64,000 nt of DNA from Myxococcota bacterium (GTDB taxonomy: Bacteria > Myxococcota_A > SURF-8), in contig CAXXQS010000002.1 in assembly GCA_963674735.2 (NCBI GenBank), positions 1,440,001-1,504,000 on the forward strand, written 5' to 3'. Shown in pieces: positions 55,735-64,000 of this stretch. The notes beneath the pieces were generated by a model. The model saw only the letters and a program-made list of their open reading frames with translations. It searched no databases and was not told the DNA's origin. A program made the position numbers and the translations under genes. Positions within the stretch are counted from its first letter, which is position 1. Every line of letters begins with the position of its first letter.

Positions 55735-58254
55735 TCAATCGGATTCGACGACGTAGATCAGTTGGTAGGTATTCTGCGCGCTCCCGTAACCGGTAATCTG
55801 GAAATAGTAGCCCGCCGAGTTGACCGTCGTATATATAATCGCTTCGTTGGGCGTGGTCGTGGTGCTTTGCGCCACCACATTTCCCAGCCCGTCGCGCATG
55901 TAGAGATCGAGGTCGCCCGAATTCGAATCGAAGGCCATGCTCAAGCGCACGGTCTGCCCGGCGGAAAGCTCGATGTAGTACCAATCCTCGTCGCCGCGAC
56001 ACAAGCCCAGATCGTTCCATTCCTGCGGCGCAGCGCCCAGGAAGGTCGAATCGTAATAATTGTTGTTGGGTTCGTAGCGATCCTCCGGACAAATCCACAG
56101 CGACAAGTCGTAGGAGTTGTCCTGCGCCTGAAGGCCGCGCAGCTTGAGCCAGTAATCGCCGCCATCCTCGAACTGTTTGGAGAAAGCGGCCACGCCGTCG
56201 GCGGTTTGCGCCACCGCGCGCGGGTTGCCCAGTTCATCGTACAAAATCACCTGGAAAGGCGTCACGACCGGATTGTAGGTGATGGCCGTTTCCAGCAGAC
56301 CGTAATCGGGCAGGGTGATGCGATACCAATCGATATTACCGGCGCACAGCATCAGATCCGGCCAAGCGATGCTGTCGGAAACGGGCGTGGCCGTGGCCTC
56401 GTCGTCGTTCTCTTCGTGGATATCGTCGTTGCAGATCGGCTCATCGAAGGCGGTGACGGTCAGGCCGTAGCTGTGTTCCAGCGGCCCGGTTTTGTAGATC
56501 TGGGCGTAAACCATTCCTCCCGTTTCATTGCCGACCTGCAGGCGCTCGTTGTCGGTTTCGGTGTCGGAGCGATCCAGCTCGTTGTGCGAAGCATCGAACA
56601 GCAAGGCCTCGATATTGCCGTCGGCATGGCTGAACGACACATCGATCTGCAAGCCCGACTGCGCGGGCATGTCGTAGGCGTACCAGTCGACATCGTAGCC
56701 GCAAAGCTTCAAACCGGGGTGGTCGCCTGCGCTGATGGCCGCCGCAGCGGCCAGGGAGTCGTTTTCTTCGAAGGTGTCATCCTCGCAAAGTTGAGACGGT
56801 TGGATGGTGACCGACAGATCGTAGACATTTCCCTCGCCGACACGCGAAAGCACCCGAATGAGATGGCGGCCCGGCTGCGTAACCCAGAAATTGGCGTTTT
56901 CGTTATCGGTCTCGCTGACATGCGTCTGCAGCAGCGAGCCATCGGGCTTGTAGATGTAGAGGTCCAGATTGCCCAAGGAATGGGTGAAAAGCAGATCGAC
57001 CGCGATGAAATCGTCCTCGGCCAAGGTGATGGCGTAATAATCGTCGTTCTCCGGACACAAAACCAGTCCTTCATACGGGATGGTGGCGATATCGGCAGCG
57101 GTCTCTTTTGTGTCGTTGGGCTCGAAAGCGTCGTCGAGGCAGGTGTCCTCCGGTTCCAGTTCCTTTTCGGTCTCGATCTCCGCAATCTCCACCCAATCCG
57201 CCTCTTCCGCGTCGCCGTCCGCCGCGTTTTCAATCGACACCGTCAGCACATACGCCGCCGCGATCGAATCCGACGTCGCCACCCGCAAGGCCACCTCGGC
57301 CGCGACAGCCGTCGTCCAGCCCACTTCTTCGCGCGTCGCGCTCGACGAGGCCGAGACATCCAGCAAGCTGCCCTGGTCGTCGAACAGGTACAGATTGAGA
57401 TTGGCGGCCTCCCCGTCGAAATCGATGGCGGCGCTCAGGGTGTCTCCCGCAACAAGCGTGATAGCAAACCAGTCGTCGTCGTCGGGACACAAACGCAAAT
57501 CGGAAAGATCGTCCCCCGGCTCGATATCGGCAGCCGAGCTTTGTTCTTCATTCGGTTCGAACGCATCGGGCGTACAGGACCATTCGGGATCGCCATCGAC
57601 CGCTTCCGGGTCTTCATCGCCAGCGAGCTCGCCCTCGTCCTCGACGTCCGATTCGGCTTCGCTCACATCGCCGTCTTCAGCCGGATCCCCATCCGTTTCT
57701 CCCTCGGCTTCCTCCTCGACGTCGCCGTCCGGCGCGTCTTCGGCGCAGTAAGCCGCCCCGCTCTGATCGGGGTCCACACAGCCGTCCAGGCAGCTTTTCT
57801 GAGCCTGGCAGCGACAGGTGGAAACCGCGCACACGGGCGGTGTGGGAACGCTCGGTTCGCAGAAAGCCAAGGTACTCCCGGAACAGCGCGTGCCACTCAC
57901 CCCGGTCGCGGCATTCACGAAGCACTGGGCGTCGGGACCGTTGGCGCAGTCGCTCTGCTCGCCCTCGTCCTCTGTTTCCCGTTCGATGAACTCGCGCTCG
58001 GGATCGAGTTCGGGGGCGTCCAGGTCGCCGTCCATTTCCGGATCGGCATCGGCTTCCTCCAACTCCGCCTCCGCTTCGCCTTCTACAGGGGTATCCCGAT
58101 CGCCGTCGCTCGGGACGGCATCGAGGTCGGCATCCTGATCGGCGGGCGGCAGCAGTCCGTCGCCGTCGGTCGCATCGCCGCCGGACGACCCGCAGGCCGA
58201 CATCAGGAATAAAAACGAGGCGAATATGACGATAATCCTGTAACTGTTCCGCAT
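55735..58254 (-). CDS. Lipoprotein with DGD linkers and five PPC-type (pre-peptidase C-terminal) repeats
   Basis: Lipobox MSAC; five C..D.(F/H/Y)E.N....A...L.LC..D.D(W/Y)(Y/F) repeats. Confidence 0.85.
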   Translation of the reverse strand: MRNSYRIIVIFASFLFLMSACGSSGGDATDGDGLLPPADQDADLDAVPSDGDRDTPVEGEAEAELEEADADPEMDGDLDAPELDPEREFIERETEDEGEQSDCANGPDAQCFVNAATGVSGTRCSGSTLAFCEPSVPTPPVCAVSTCRCQAQKSCLDGCVDPDQSGAAYCAEDAPDGDVEEEAEGETDGDPAEDGDVSEAESDVEDEGELAGDEDPEAVDGDPEWSCTPDAFEPNEEQSSAADIEPGDDLSDLRLCPDDDDWFAITLVAGDTLSAAIDFDGEAANLNLYLFDDQGSLLDVSASSSATREEVGWTTAVAAEVALRVATSDSIAAAYVLTVSIENAADGDAEEADWVEIAEIETEKELEPEDTCLDDAFEPNDTKETAADIATIPYEGLVLCPENDDYYAITLAEDDFIAVDLLFTHSLGNLDLYIYKPDGSLLQTHVSETDNENANFWVTQPGRHLIRVLSRVGEGNVYDLSVTIQPSQLCEDDTFEENDSLAAAAAISAGDHPGLKLCGYDVDWYAYDMPAQSGLQIDVSFSHADGNIEALLFDASHNELDRSDTETDNERLQVGNETGGMVYAQIYKTGPLEHSYGLTVTAFDEPICNDDIHEENDDEATATPVSDSIAWPDLMLCAGNIDWYRITLPDYGLLETAITYNPVVTPFQVILYDELGNPRAVAQTADGVAAFSKQFEDGGDYWLKLRGLQAQDNSYDLSLWICPEDRYEPNNNYYDSTFLGAAPQEWNDLGLCRGDEDWYYIELSAGQTVRLSMAFDSNSGDLDLYMRDGLGNVVAQSTTTTPNEAIIYTTVNSAGYYFQITGYGSAQNTYQLIYVVESD

Positions 58255-58478
58255 GGTTGCGCACACTCCGTTAAAACCGGTTGATCGATCTATTCTACAT
58301 GATTTGTGAGGAATTCGCCGGGAAAAATGCGGGGCCGGAATACCCGCACGATCGGCCGGGTTTCGCTTTTAGCGGAACGAAATAACGGTTGAAGCCGCCC
58401 CCGTTCCTGTGATAGAATAGGACAATTAATTCAGGGAGATAGTAGCCTGCCTGAATCGACCCCGACCCTGGAGGATTT

Positions 58479-60188
58479 GTGACGCAGCATTCGTACCTCA
58501 GTTCCATTCAAAGCCTGCTGGATGAGCAGAGCGTCGCGCGACGCTGGACGCGCCACCCCGTTTTGTGGTTCGTCGTCGGTTTTCTGGCCGCCGTGTCGAT
58601 CTGGAGCGCCCTTTCAGACGATCCGCCCGCCATCGCACAGCCCGAAGATCCGGCGGCCGTCCAGGAGGCGACACCCACCGAAACGAAGACGGTGTTGGCC
58701 CGAACGGAGTCGGAAGACGCCGGTCCCAAGGAGGCGGATGGTCCCCTGGGCGAAGGCGAGGAGACCACCGGCGGCATCGATCTCGATATCCCAAACGAGC
58801 CCGTGAACGAGCCGAACGCGCTGTCCCAAGCCGACACGACCGCCGCACCTCTTCCCAGCTTCCATGAGTTGGAGAAAAGCCGTCAACCGGCCGCCGCCGC
58901 GACGGACTCCGCCGTGAGCGATCCCGCGAACGAATCCAGCCTGGCACGCACCGTCAAGGGTTGCATTCAGAAAAACGACACCCTGTCCACCTCCTTCGAC
59001 CGTCAGGGGCTCGGCATCGTCAGCGCCAACACCATTATGGAAGCCCTGAAAGGGATTTTCGATTTCCGCTATGCGCAACCGGGCACCGCCTGGGAGGCCA
59101 AATTCAACGTGCTGGGCGAACTGGATTCATTCCGCTTTCACCACCGGCCCCTGGTTACCTACTACGTCCGCCGCGAAGGGGAAGGTCTGCAGGGCTACGA
59201 GATCACAGGCGAAACGCAGATGTTCGTCGTCCCGCTGGCCGGGACCATCGAGGAGTCGCTGTCGCAGTCGATCTGGAAACTGGGCGAGAGCGACGGCCTG
59301 ACCACTCTTTTGGCCGACATTTTCGCCTGGGATATCGATTTCTACAGCGATATCCGCAAGGGCGACAGCTGGCGGGCCTTGGTCGAAAAGTACTATTACA
59401 ACGGCAAGTTCGTGAAATACGGCAGAGTTCTGGCCGCCAGTTTCAAGGGCTCCTATCTGGGCGATTCGGAAGCCTACTATTTCGAAACGGCCGACGAAAA
59501 ACGTGCCGAGTATTTCGATGCGGACGGCAACAGCATGCAAAAAAGCTTCCTGCGCGCACCGCTCAACACCACGCGCGTCACCTCGCGTTTCGGCTTTCGC
59601 ATGCACCCCACTTTACACAAATACAAAAAACACAACGGTGTCGATTACGGCGCGCCCATCGGAACCCCCATCTGGGCCATCGCCGGGGGAAAAGTTTTGG
59701 CGGCCGGCTGGATGGGCGCCTGCGGCAAGGGCATCAAACTGCGCCACAACTCCGGTTACGAATCGATCTACTGCCACCTGAGTTCCATCGCGGTGCGCAG
59801 CGGCACGAAAGTACGCCAGAAGCAGATGATCGGGCGGGTGGGCAACACGGGCCGCAGCACCGGTCCGCACCTGCATTTCGGCTTGAAAAAATTGGGCCAG
59901 TGGGTCAATCCGCTCAAAGTGAAATACGAACCGGGCAAGGCACTCGAAAAACAATACCGCGACCGCTGGCGCGAAGCGCGGGAACTGCTGCATCGCAAAC
60001 TGGCGGGCATCGAACTGCCGAGCTTCTTCGGCCCCGATTTGCCGCCGGATTTCGTCGACCCGACGCGTTCCGACTCGACTCCGCCGACCGCCGCGGCCCG
60101 CCGATCGCCCAAGCGCACGAAAAAAAGCAAGAAAAAAGGCTTTCGCCCACGCCCGGAAGGGATTAAAACGGCACGCGATGCGGGTTGA
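58479..60188 (+). CDS. M23-family peptidoglycan endopeptidase (MepM/Csd3-like)
   Basis: FAWDIDF, HNGVD, YCHL, TGRSTGPHLHF. Confidence 0.92.
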   Translation: MTQHSYLSSIQSLLDEQSVARRWTRHPVLWFVVGFLAAVSIWSALSDDPPAIAQPEDPAAVQEATPTETKTVLARTESEDAGPKEADGPLGEGEETTGGIDLDIPNEPVNEPNALSQADTTAAPLPSFHELEKSRQPAAAATDSAVSDPANESSLARTVKGCIQKNDTLSTSFDRQGLGIVSANTIMEALKGIFDFRYAQPGTAWEAKFNVLGELDSFRFHHRPLVTYYVRREGEGLQGYEITGETQMFVVPLAGTIEESLSQSIWKLGESDGLTTLLADIFAWDIDFYSDIRKGDSWRALVEKYYYNGKFVKYGRVLAASFKGSYLGDSEAYYFETADEKRAEYFDADGNSMQKSFLRAPLNTTRVTSRFGFRMHPTLHKYKKHNGVDYGAPIGTPIWAIAGGKVLAAGWMGACGKGIKLRHNSGYESIYCHLSSIAVRSGTKVRQKQMIGRVGNTGRSTGPHLHFGLKKLGQWVNPLKVKYEPGKALEKQYRDRWREARELLHRKLAGIELPSFFGPDLPPDFVDPTRSDSTPPTAAARRSPKRTKKSKKKGFRPRPEGIKTARDAG

Positions 60189-60252
60189 GCGCCAGAAACG
60201 ACCCCACCATTGCCAGACAGAATCACGTAACTGGACTTGAAAGGAGGCCGGG

Positions 60253-62892
60253 GTGAGCGCCGCCAGGCGAACGCCACAAAAAGCAAGCCCGGCTGCACCG
60301 GATCAACCCGACCCGGGTTTGAAGCTGGAAATCTGGGGGCTTCTGCTCCTGGTGGCGGCGGTGTTGTTGCTGCTGTCGCTGCTCACCTACCAGCCCAGCG
60401 ATCCGGCCTTGTCGGAAGCGGAAGCCACGGCCCAAAACTGGATCGGTCGAGGCGGTGCCGCTGTGGCCGATGCCTTTCTTCAAGGGTTCGGCTATAGCGC
60501 TTATCTCGTCGCACTCGCCCTGGGCAGCATGGGCGTCCTGCTCGGTCTGCGCCGACCCGTGCGCCTGAAAGTCAAGTTGATCAGCGGCTTCGTGCTGTTC
60601 GCCCTTACCAGTTCCATCCTGTTCGGCCTGCTTTTGCCCGCCACCGGAATGGCCCATGCTCCGGGAGGACTCGTGGGAGCTCTCCTGACGCGCGGGCTCG
60701 AACCGGTTTTCGGGACGATCGGCCTGGGTATTCTCGCAAGCGTCCTGCTGGTGCTCAGTATCGTCATGGCCACCAACCTGCCGCCCTTGCGCAGCGCCGC
60801 GTTCCTCTCTCGACAAACCGGCCGCGGCCTGACGCTCCTCGGACGCCAGGGCTTGAGCGGAGCGCAAACCGGGTTGAAAAGCCTCAGAAAAACAGGCGGC
60901 TGGCTTTGGGAACGCCGTCAAAAACGCCGAGAAACTCTGGCCGCCAGGCGCGAAGTCGAAGCCGAGACGCCCGACGTCCAAGAAGAAACTACACCCGCCG
61001 CTCCCCCGCGCATTGTCGGCCAGAGCGCCCCACCGACGACCTCCCAGCCCGATAGCGAGGAAGCGGAAGCCGCCGCCGCGCGGGCCGGATTGCTGGATCG
61101 TGACGAACGCGAAGTCGTCATCACCGTGCGCCGCCAACCGCAAGACGGACCCGCCGAAAATTCCACAGCCCCCGCCGAGACGGAAGCCGTAAGCGTGGAA
61201 GAACCGACCGCGGATGCCGCAGACGATGAGCCGGTTGCGAAAAGCACTCCCCGCAAACGCCGTAAAAAGGCCTCCGAGGAAGGCGAGCCGGAAATCGTCG
61301 ATCAACGGCCCAAACGTGCCTCCGACCAGGAACTCAGCACCTCCGAGCTGACCGCCGAGGAAGTACCGAAAGAATACCAGCTTCCCTCGCTGTCGCTGCT
61401 GCATTACGAGGCCGACAACGATCACGAGTTGGATAAGGAACAGCTTTTCAGCAATGCGCGGCTGCTCGAACAAACTCTGCTCGACTATAAAATCGAGGGC
61501 AAGGTCACCGAAATCCATCCGGGACCGGTGGTCACCATGTACGAATTCGCCCCGGCGCGCGGCACCAAGCTCTCCCGCATCACCAACCTGGAAGACGACC
61601 TGGCCATGGCCCTGGCCGCTCTCAAGGTCCGCATCGTGGCCCCGATCCCCGGCAAGTCCGTGGTGGGTATCGAGGTGCCGTCGGCCAATCGCGAAACGGT
61701 CTACCTGAAGGAGATCATCGGCCACAAGCGCTTTACCGGTTCCAAAGGCAAACTGACCATCGCCCTGGGCAAGGATATCTTCGGCTATCCCATGGTGGCC
61801 GATCTGCAGAAAATGCCGCATCTGCTCATCGCGGGCGCGACCGGCGCGGGAAAATCGGTCGGCGTCAATGCCATGATTCTGTCTATTCTGTTCCGCTGCA
61901 CCCCCGAAGATGTGCGCTTCATCCTGATCGACCCCAAGCGCCTGGAATTCAACTTCTACGAAGGCATTCCGCACCTGCTGCTGCCCGTGGTCACCGATCC
62001 CAAGCAGGCCTCGCTGGCGCTCGGCTGGGTGGTGCACGAAATGGATACGCGCTATCAGACGCTCTCCGAATGGGGCGTGAAAAACATCGACAGCTTCAAT
62101 CGGCTGGTGCGCAAGCTCGATGAAGCGCGCGCCAAACGCGGCGGCGACATCGAACAGGTGATCGAGGAGTTCTCCCGTTCGGAAGGGGGCGACCTGCGCG
62201 CCCTGGCCGGTAAACTCAAAAAGAGTCCGCCCCCCAAACGCCTGCCCTTCATCATCGTCGTCATCGACGAATTGGCCGACCTGATGATGGTGGCGGGCAA
62301 AGAGGTGGAAGTCTCCATCGCCCGGCTGGCCCAGCTGGCGCGCGCCTCGGGAATCCACCTGCTGGTGGCCACCCAGCGCCCCTCCACCGACGTGTTGACC
62401 GGCTTGATCAAAAACAACTTCCCCGCCCGCATCAGCTATCGAGTTTCGCAAAAGGTGGATTCGCGCGTGATCATCGACCAAAACGGAGCGGAAGCGCTGC
62501 TGGGTCGCGGCGACATGCTCTTTTTGCCGGGGACGGGCGAGCTACAACGCATCCACGCCGCCTTCGTTTCGGAAAACGAAACCATCCAGGTGGTCGATTT
62601 CGTCAAGCGACAGCTCAAGCCGACCTACAAAACCGACATTCTGCAACGCATCGAAGCCCAGGCCGAGCAGGCCCAGGTGGAAGCCGGTGAGTACGATTCC
62701 GAATACGACAAGGCGGTCATGATCATCTGCGAAAGCGGCAAGGCCTCCATTTCCATGCTGCAACGCAAGCTGCGCATCGGCTACAACCGCGCCGCCCGCA
62801 TCATCGAAAAAATGGAAGAAGACGGCCTGGTGGGACCGTCCGACGGCGTGCGCGGCCGCCCGGTCTACGGCCGTCCCGCCCCGAAAGACTGA
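60253..62892 (+). CDS. ftsK: DNA translocase FtsK
   Basis: 4-TM N-terminus, GPVVT, GATGAGKS, IDELADLMM, gamma domain IGYNRAAR. Confidence 0.97.
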   Translation: MSAARRTPQKASPAAPDQPDPGLKLEIWGLLLLVAAVLLLLSLLTYQPSDPALSEAEATAQNWIGRGGAAVADAFLQGFGYSAYLVALALGSMGVLLGLRRPVRLKVKLISGFVLFALTSSILFGLLLPATGMAHAPGGLVGALLTRGLEPVFGTIGLGILASVLLVLSIVMATNLPPLRSAAFLSRQTGRGLTLLGRQGLSGAQTGLKSLRKTGGWLWERRQKRRETLAARREVEAETPDVQEETTPAAPPRIVGQSAPPTTSQPDSEEAEAAAARAGLLDRDEREVVITVRRQPQDGPAENSTAPAETEAVSVEEPTADAADDEPVAKSTPRKRRKKASEEGEPEIVDQRPKRASDQELSTSELTAEEVPKEYQLPSLSLLHYEADNDHELDKEQLFSNARLLEQTLLDYKIEGKVTEIHPGPVVTMYEFAPARGTKLSRITNLEDDLAMALAALKVRIVAPIPGKSVVGIEVPSANRETVYLKEIIGHKRFTGSKGKLTIALGKDIFGYPMVADLQKMPHLLIAGATGAGKSVGVNAMILSILFRCTPEDVRFILIDPKRLEFNFYEGIPHLLLPVVTDPKQASLALGWVVHEMDTRYQTLSEWGVKNIDSFNRLVRKLDEARAKRGGDIEQVIEEFSRSEGGDLRALAGKLKKSPPPKRLPFIIVVIDELADLMMVAGKEVEVSIARLAQLARASGIHLLVATQRPSTDVLTGLIKNNFPARISYRVSQKVDSRVIIDQNGAEALLGRGDMLFLPGTGELQRIHAAFVSENETIQVVDFVKRQLKPTYKTDILQRIEAQAEQAQVEAGEYDSEYDKAVMIICESGKASISMLQRKLRIGYNRAARIIEKMEEDGLVGPSDGVRGRPVYGRPAPKD

Positions 62893-62926
62893 GCGGCAAA
62901 ACACCGCTTCATCACACCCGACTAAT

Positions 62927-62955
62927 TTGCATGTCGCTGAAAATTCAGGTATAAT
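62927..62955 (+). promoter_or_regulatory. sigma70 promoter of lolA
   Basis: TTGCAT-17 bp-TATAAT. Confidence 0.65.
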
Positions 62956-62999
62956 AGGGGCTCGTTTTTCGTTAGTTCGATGGAGGGATCCAACATCCG

Positions 63000-63746
63000 A
63001 TGCTGAGCCGTCTCGTATCTACCCGCTTTGTTTCGATTCTTCTGATCGCTCTGGCCCTCGGCTGGGCGGTCCTGGCCATCGCCCAGAAGGCCGGAAGCAT
63101 CTCCGACAGCCAAACAGGCGTTAAACCCGACACCCCAGCCCTGGAAGTGACCCGGATCGTCGAGGCCGTGCGCGGCTACTACCAAAAAGCCGGAGACTTC
63201 TCTGCTACATTCAGCCAGGCCTACCACTCTAAGTTGACCCGCCGGGTGACCGAAAGCGGCGGCAAAGTCGACTTTGCCCAACCCATGAAAATGCGCTGGG
63301 AATACGATTCCCCCGACCGCAAAACCTTCGTGACCGACGGCAAAACCCTATGGGTGGCCAACTGGAAAAGCAAAGACGTCTCCGTGCGAAAAAACCTCAA
63401 GAGCAGCCAACTCGAATCGTCGCTGGCCTTTTTGTGGGGCGGCGGCGACCTGGCCGCCGATTACCGCATCGCCCGACTGGAATTGGCCAACGTGGAGGGC
63501 GTCGCCGAGGTCAACGGTCGGCAGGTGCTCGAATTGCTTCCCAAAAAACCCAATCAGTTCGAGGCGTTATACCTGATTCTGAACGCAACCACCTCCGCCA
63601 TCGAAGAAACCGTCCTGGTGGACGCGGTGGGCAACCGGAATCATCTGACCTTCAAGGATCTCAAACCCAAGCAAACATACCCGGAAGGTCATTTCCGTCT
63701 TCAGCTTCCCGGCAAAGACTGGACCGAAAAGCCGGTCGAATTCTAA
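63000..63746 (+). CDS. lolA: Outer-membrane lipoprotein carrier protein LolA
   Basis: A.F.Q, G.V....P.KMRWEY..P, VTDGKTLW; position after ftsK. Confidence 0.88.
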   Translation: MLSRLVSTRFVSILLIALALGWAVLAIAQKAGSISDSQTGVKPDTPALEVTRIVEAVRGYYQKAGDFSATFSQAYHSKLTRRVTESGGKVDFAQPMKMRWEYDSPDRKTFVTDGKTLWVANWKSKDVSVRKNLKSSQLESSLAFLWGGGDLAADYRIARLELANVEGVAEVNGRQVLELLPKKPNQFEALYLILNATTSAIEETVLVDAVGNRNHLTFKDLKPKQTYPEGHFRLQLPGKDWTEKPVEF

Positions 63747-63749
63747 ATC

Positions 63750-64000
63750 ATGTTTTTCAAACTACTACTGCTGCTGACCGTCGTTCCCGCGCTGGAACTG
63801 TATCTGCTGATTCATGTCGGGCGCGAAATCGGCGTTTTGGCCACCATCCTGATCATCATCGGCACCGGCGCACTGGGAGCGGCCCTGGCTCGCCGGGAGG
63901 GACTGCGCACGCTGCAGGCGGCACAGGAATCCCTCAATCGCGGGGCCGTACCGGCCGACGCCATGATCGACGGTCTGTTGATTCTGCTGGCCGGCGGCGT
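63750..64000 (+). CDS. fxsA: FxsA family membrane protein (5' part, runs off window; absent from ORF track)
   Basis: MFFKLLLLLTVVPALELYLLIHVGREIG...TGALGAALARREG...DGLLILLAG. Confidence 0.9.
   Translation, partial: MFFKLLLLLTVVPALELYLLIHVGREIGVLATILIIIGTGALGAALARREGLRTLQAAQESLNRGAVPADAMIDGLLILLAGG

Noticed and set aside
55762-58212. Long antisense ORFs (also 60223-62481, 49154-51322, 37271-39082, 27850-29511, 8865-10595)
   Set aside because: Shadows of GC-rich real genes on the opposite strand; no motifs

Overview
Chromosomal window from a GC-rich (roughly 58-60%, judged by eye) deltaproteobacterium, probably Myxococcota or a related lineage: it has a FrzS-like protein, a pilS-pilR-pilD cluster and a MYXO-CTERM-like sorting tail. 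Core genes include a DinG 3' end, split formiminotransferase/cyclodeaminase genes, type-2 ileS, thiC, queD, rnj, lemA-htpX, dtd, rplU-rpmA, an M23 peptidase and ftsK-lolA-fxsA. Between them lie at least six Cys-rich secreted proteins or lipoproteins sharing an acidic 'DGD' linker, plus a triple-domain DsbA. Non-coding highlights are a four-box DnaA cluster with DARS-like geometry at 44.45 kb, a ~200-nt rod-like structured element at 41.5-41.7 kb, and a 1.3-kb gene-free zone at 53.5-54.8 kb. Strand composition appears to flip in that zone, which holds a REP-like doublet and a triplex-forming motif and sits beside a broken, part-inverted lipoprotein gene. I recognised no rRNA, tRNA, CRISPR array or transposase. 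All calls come from reading motifs; no database searches were run.
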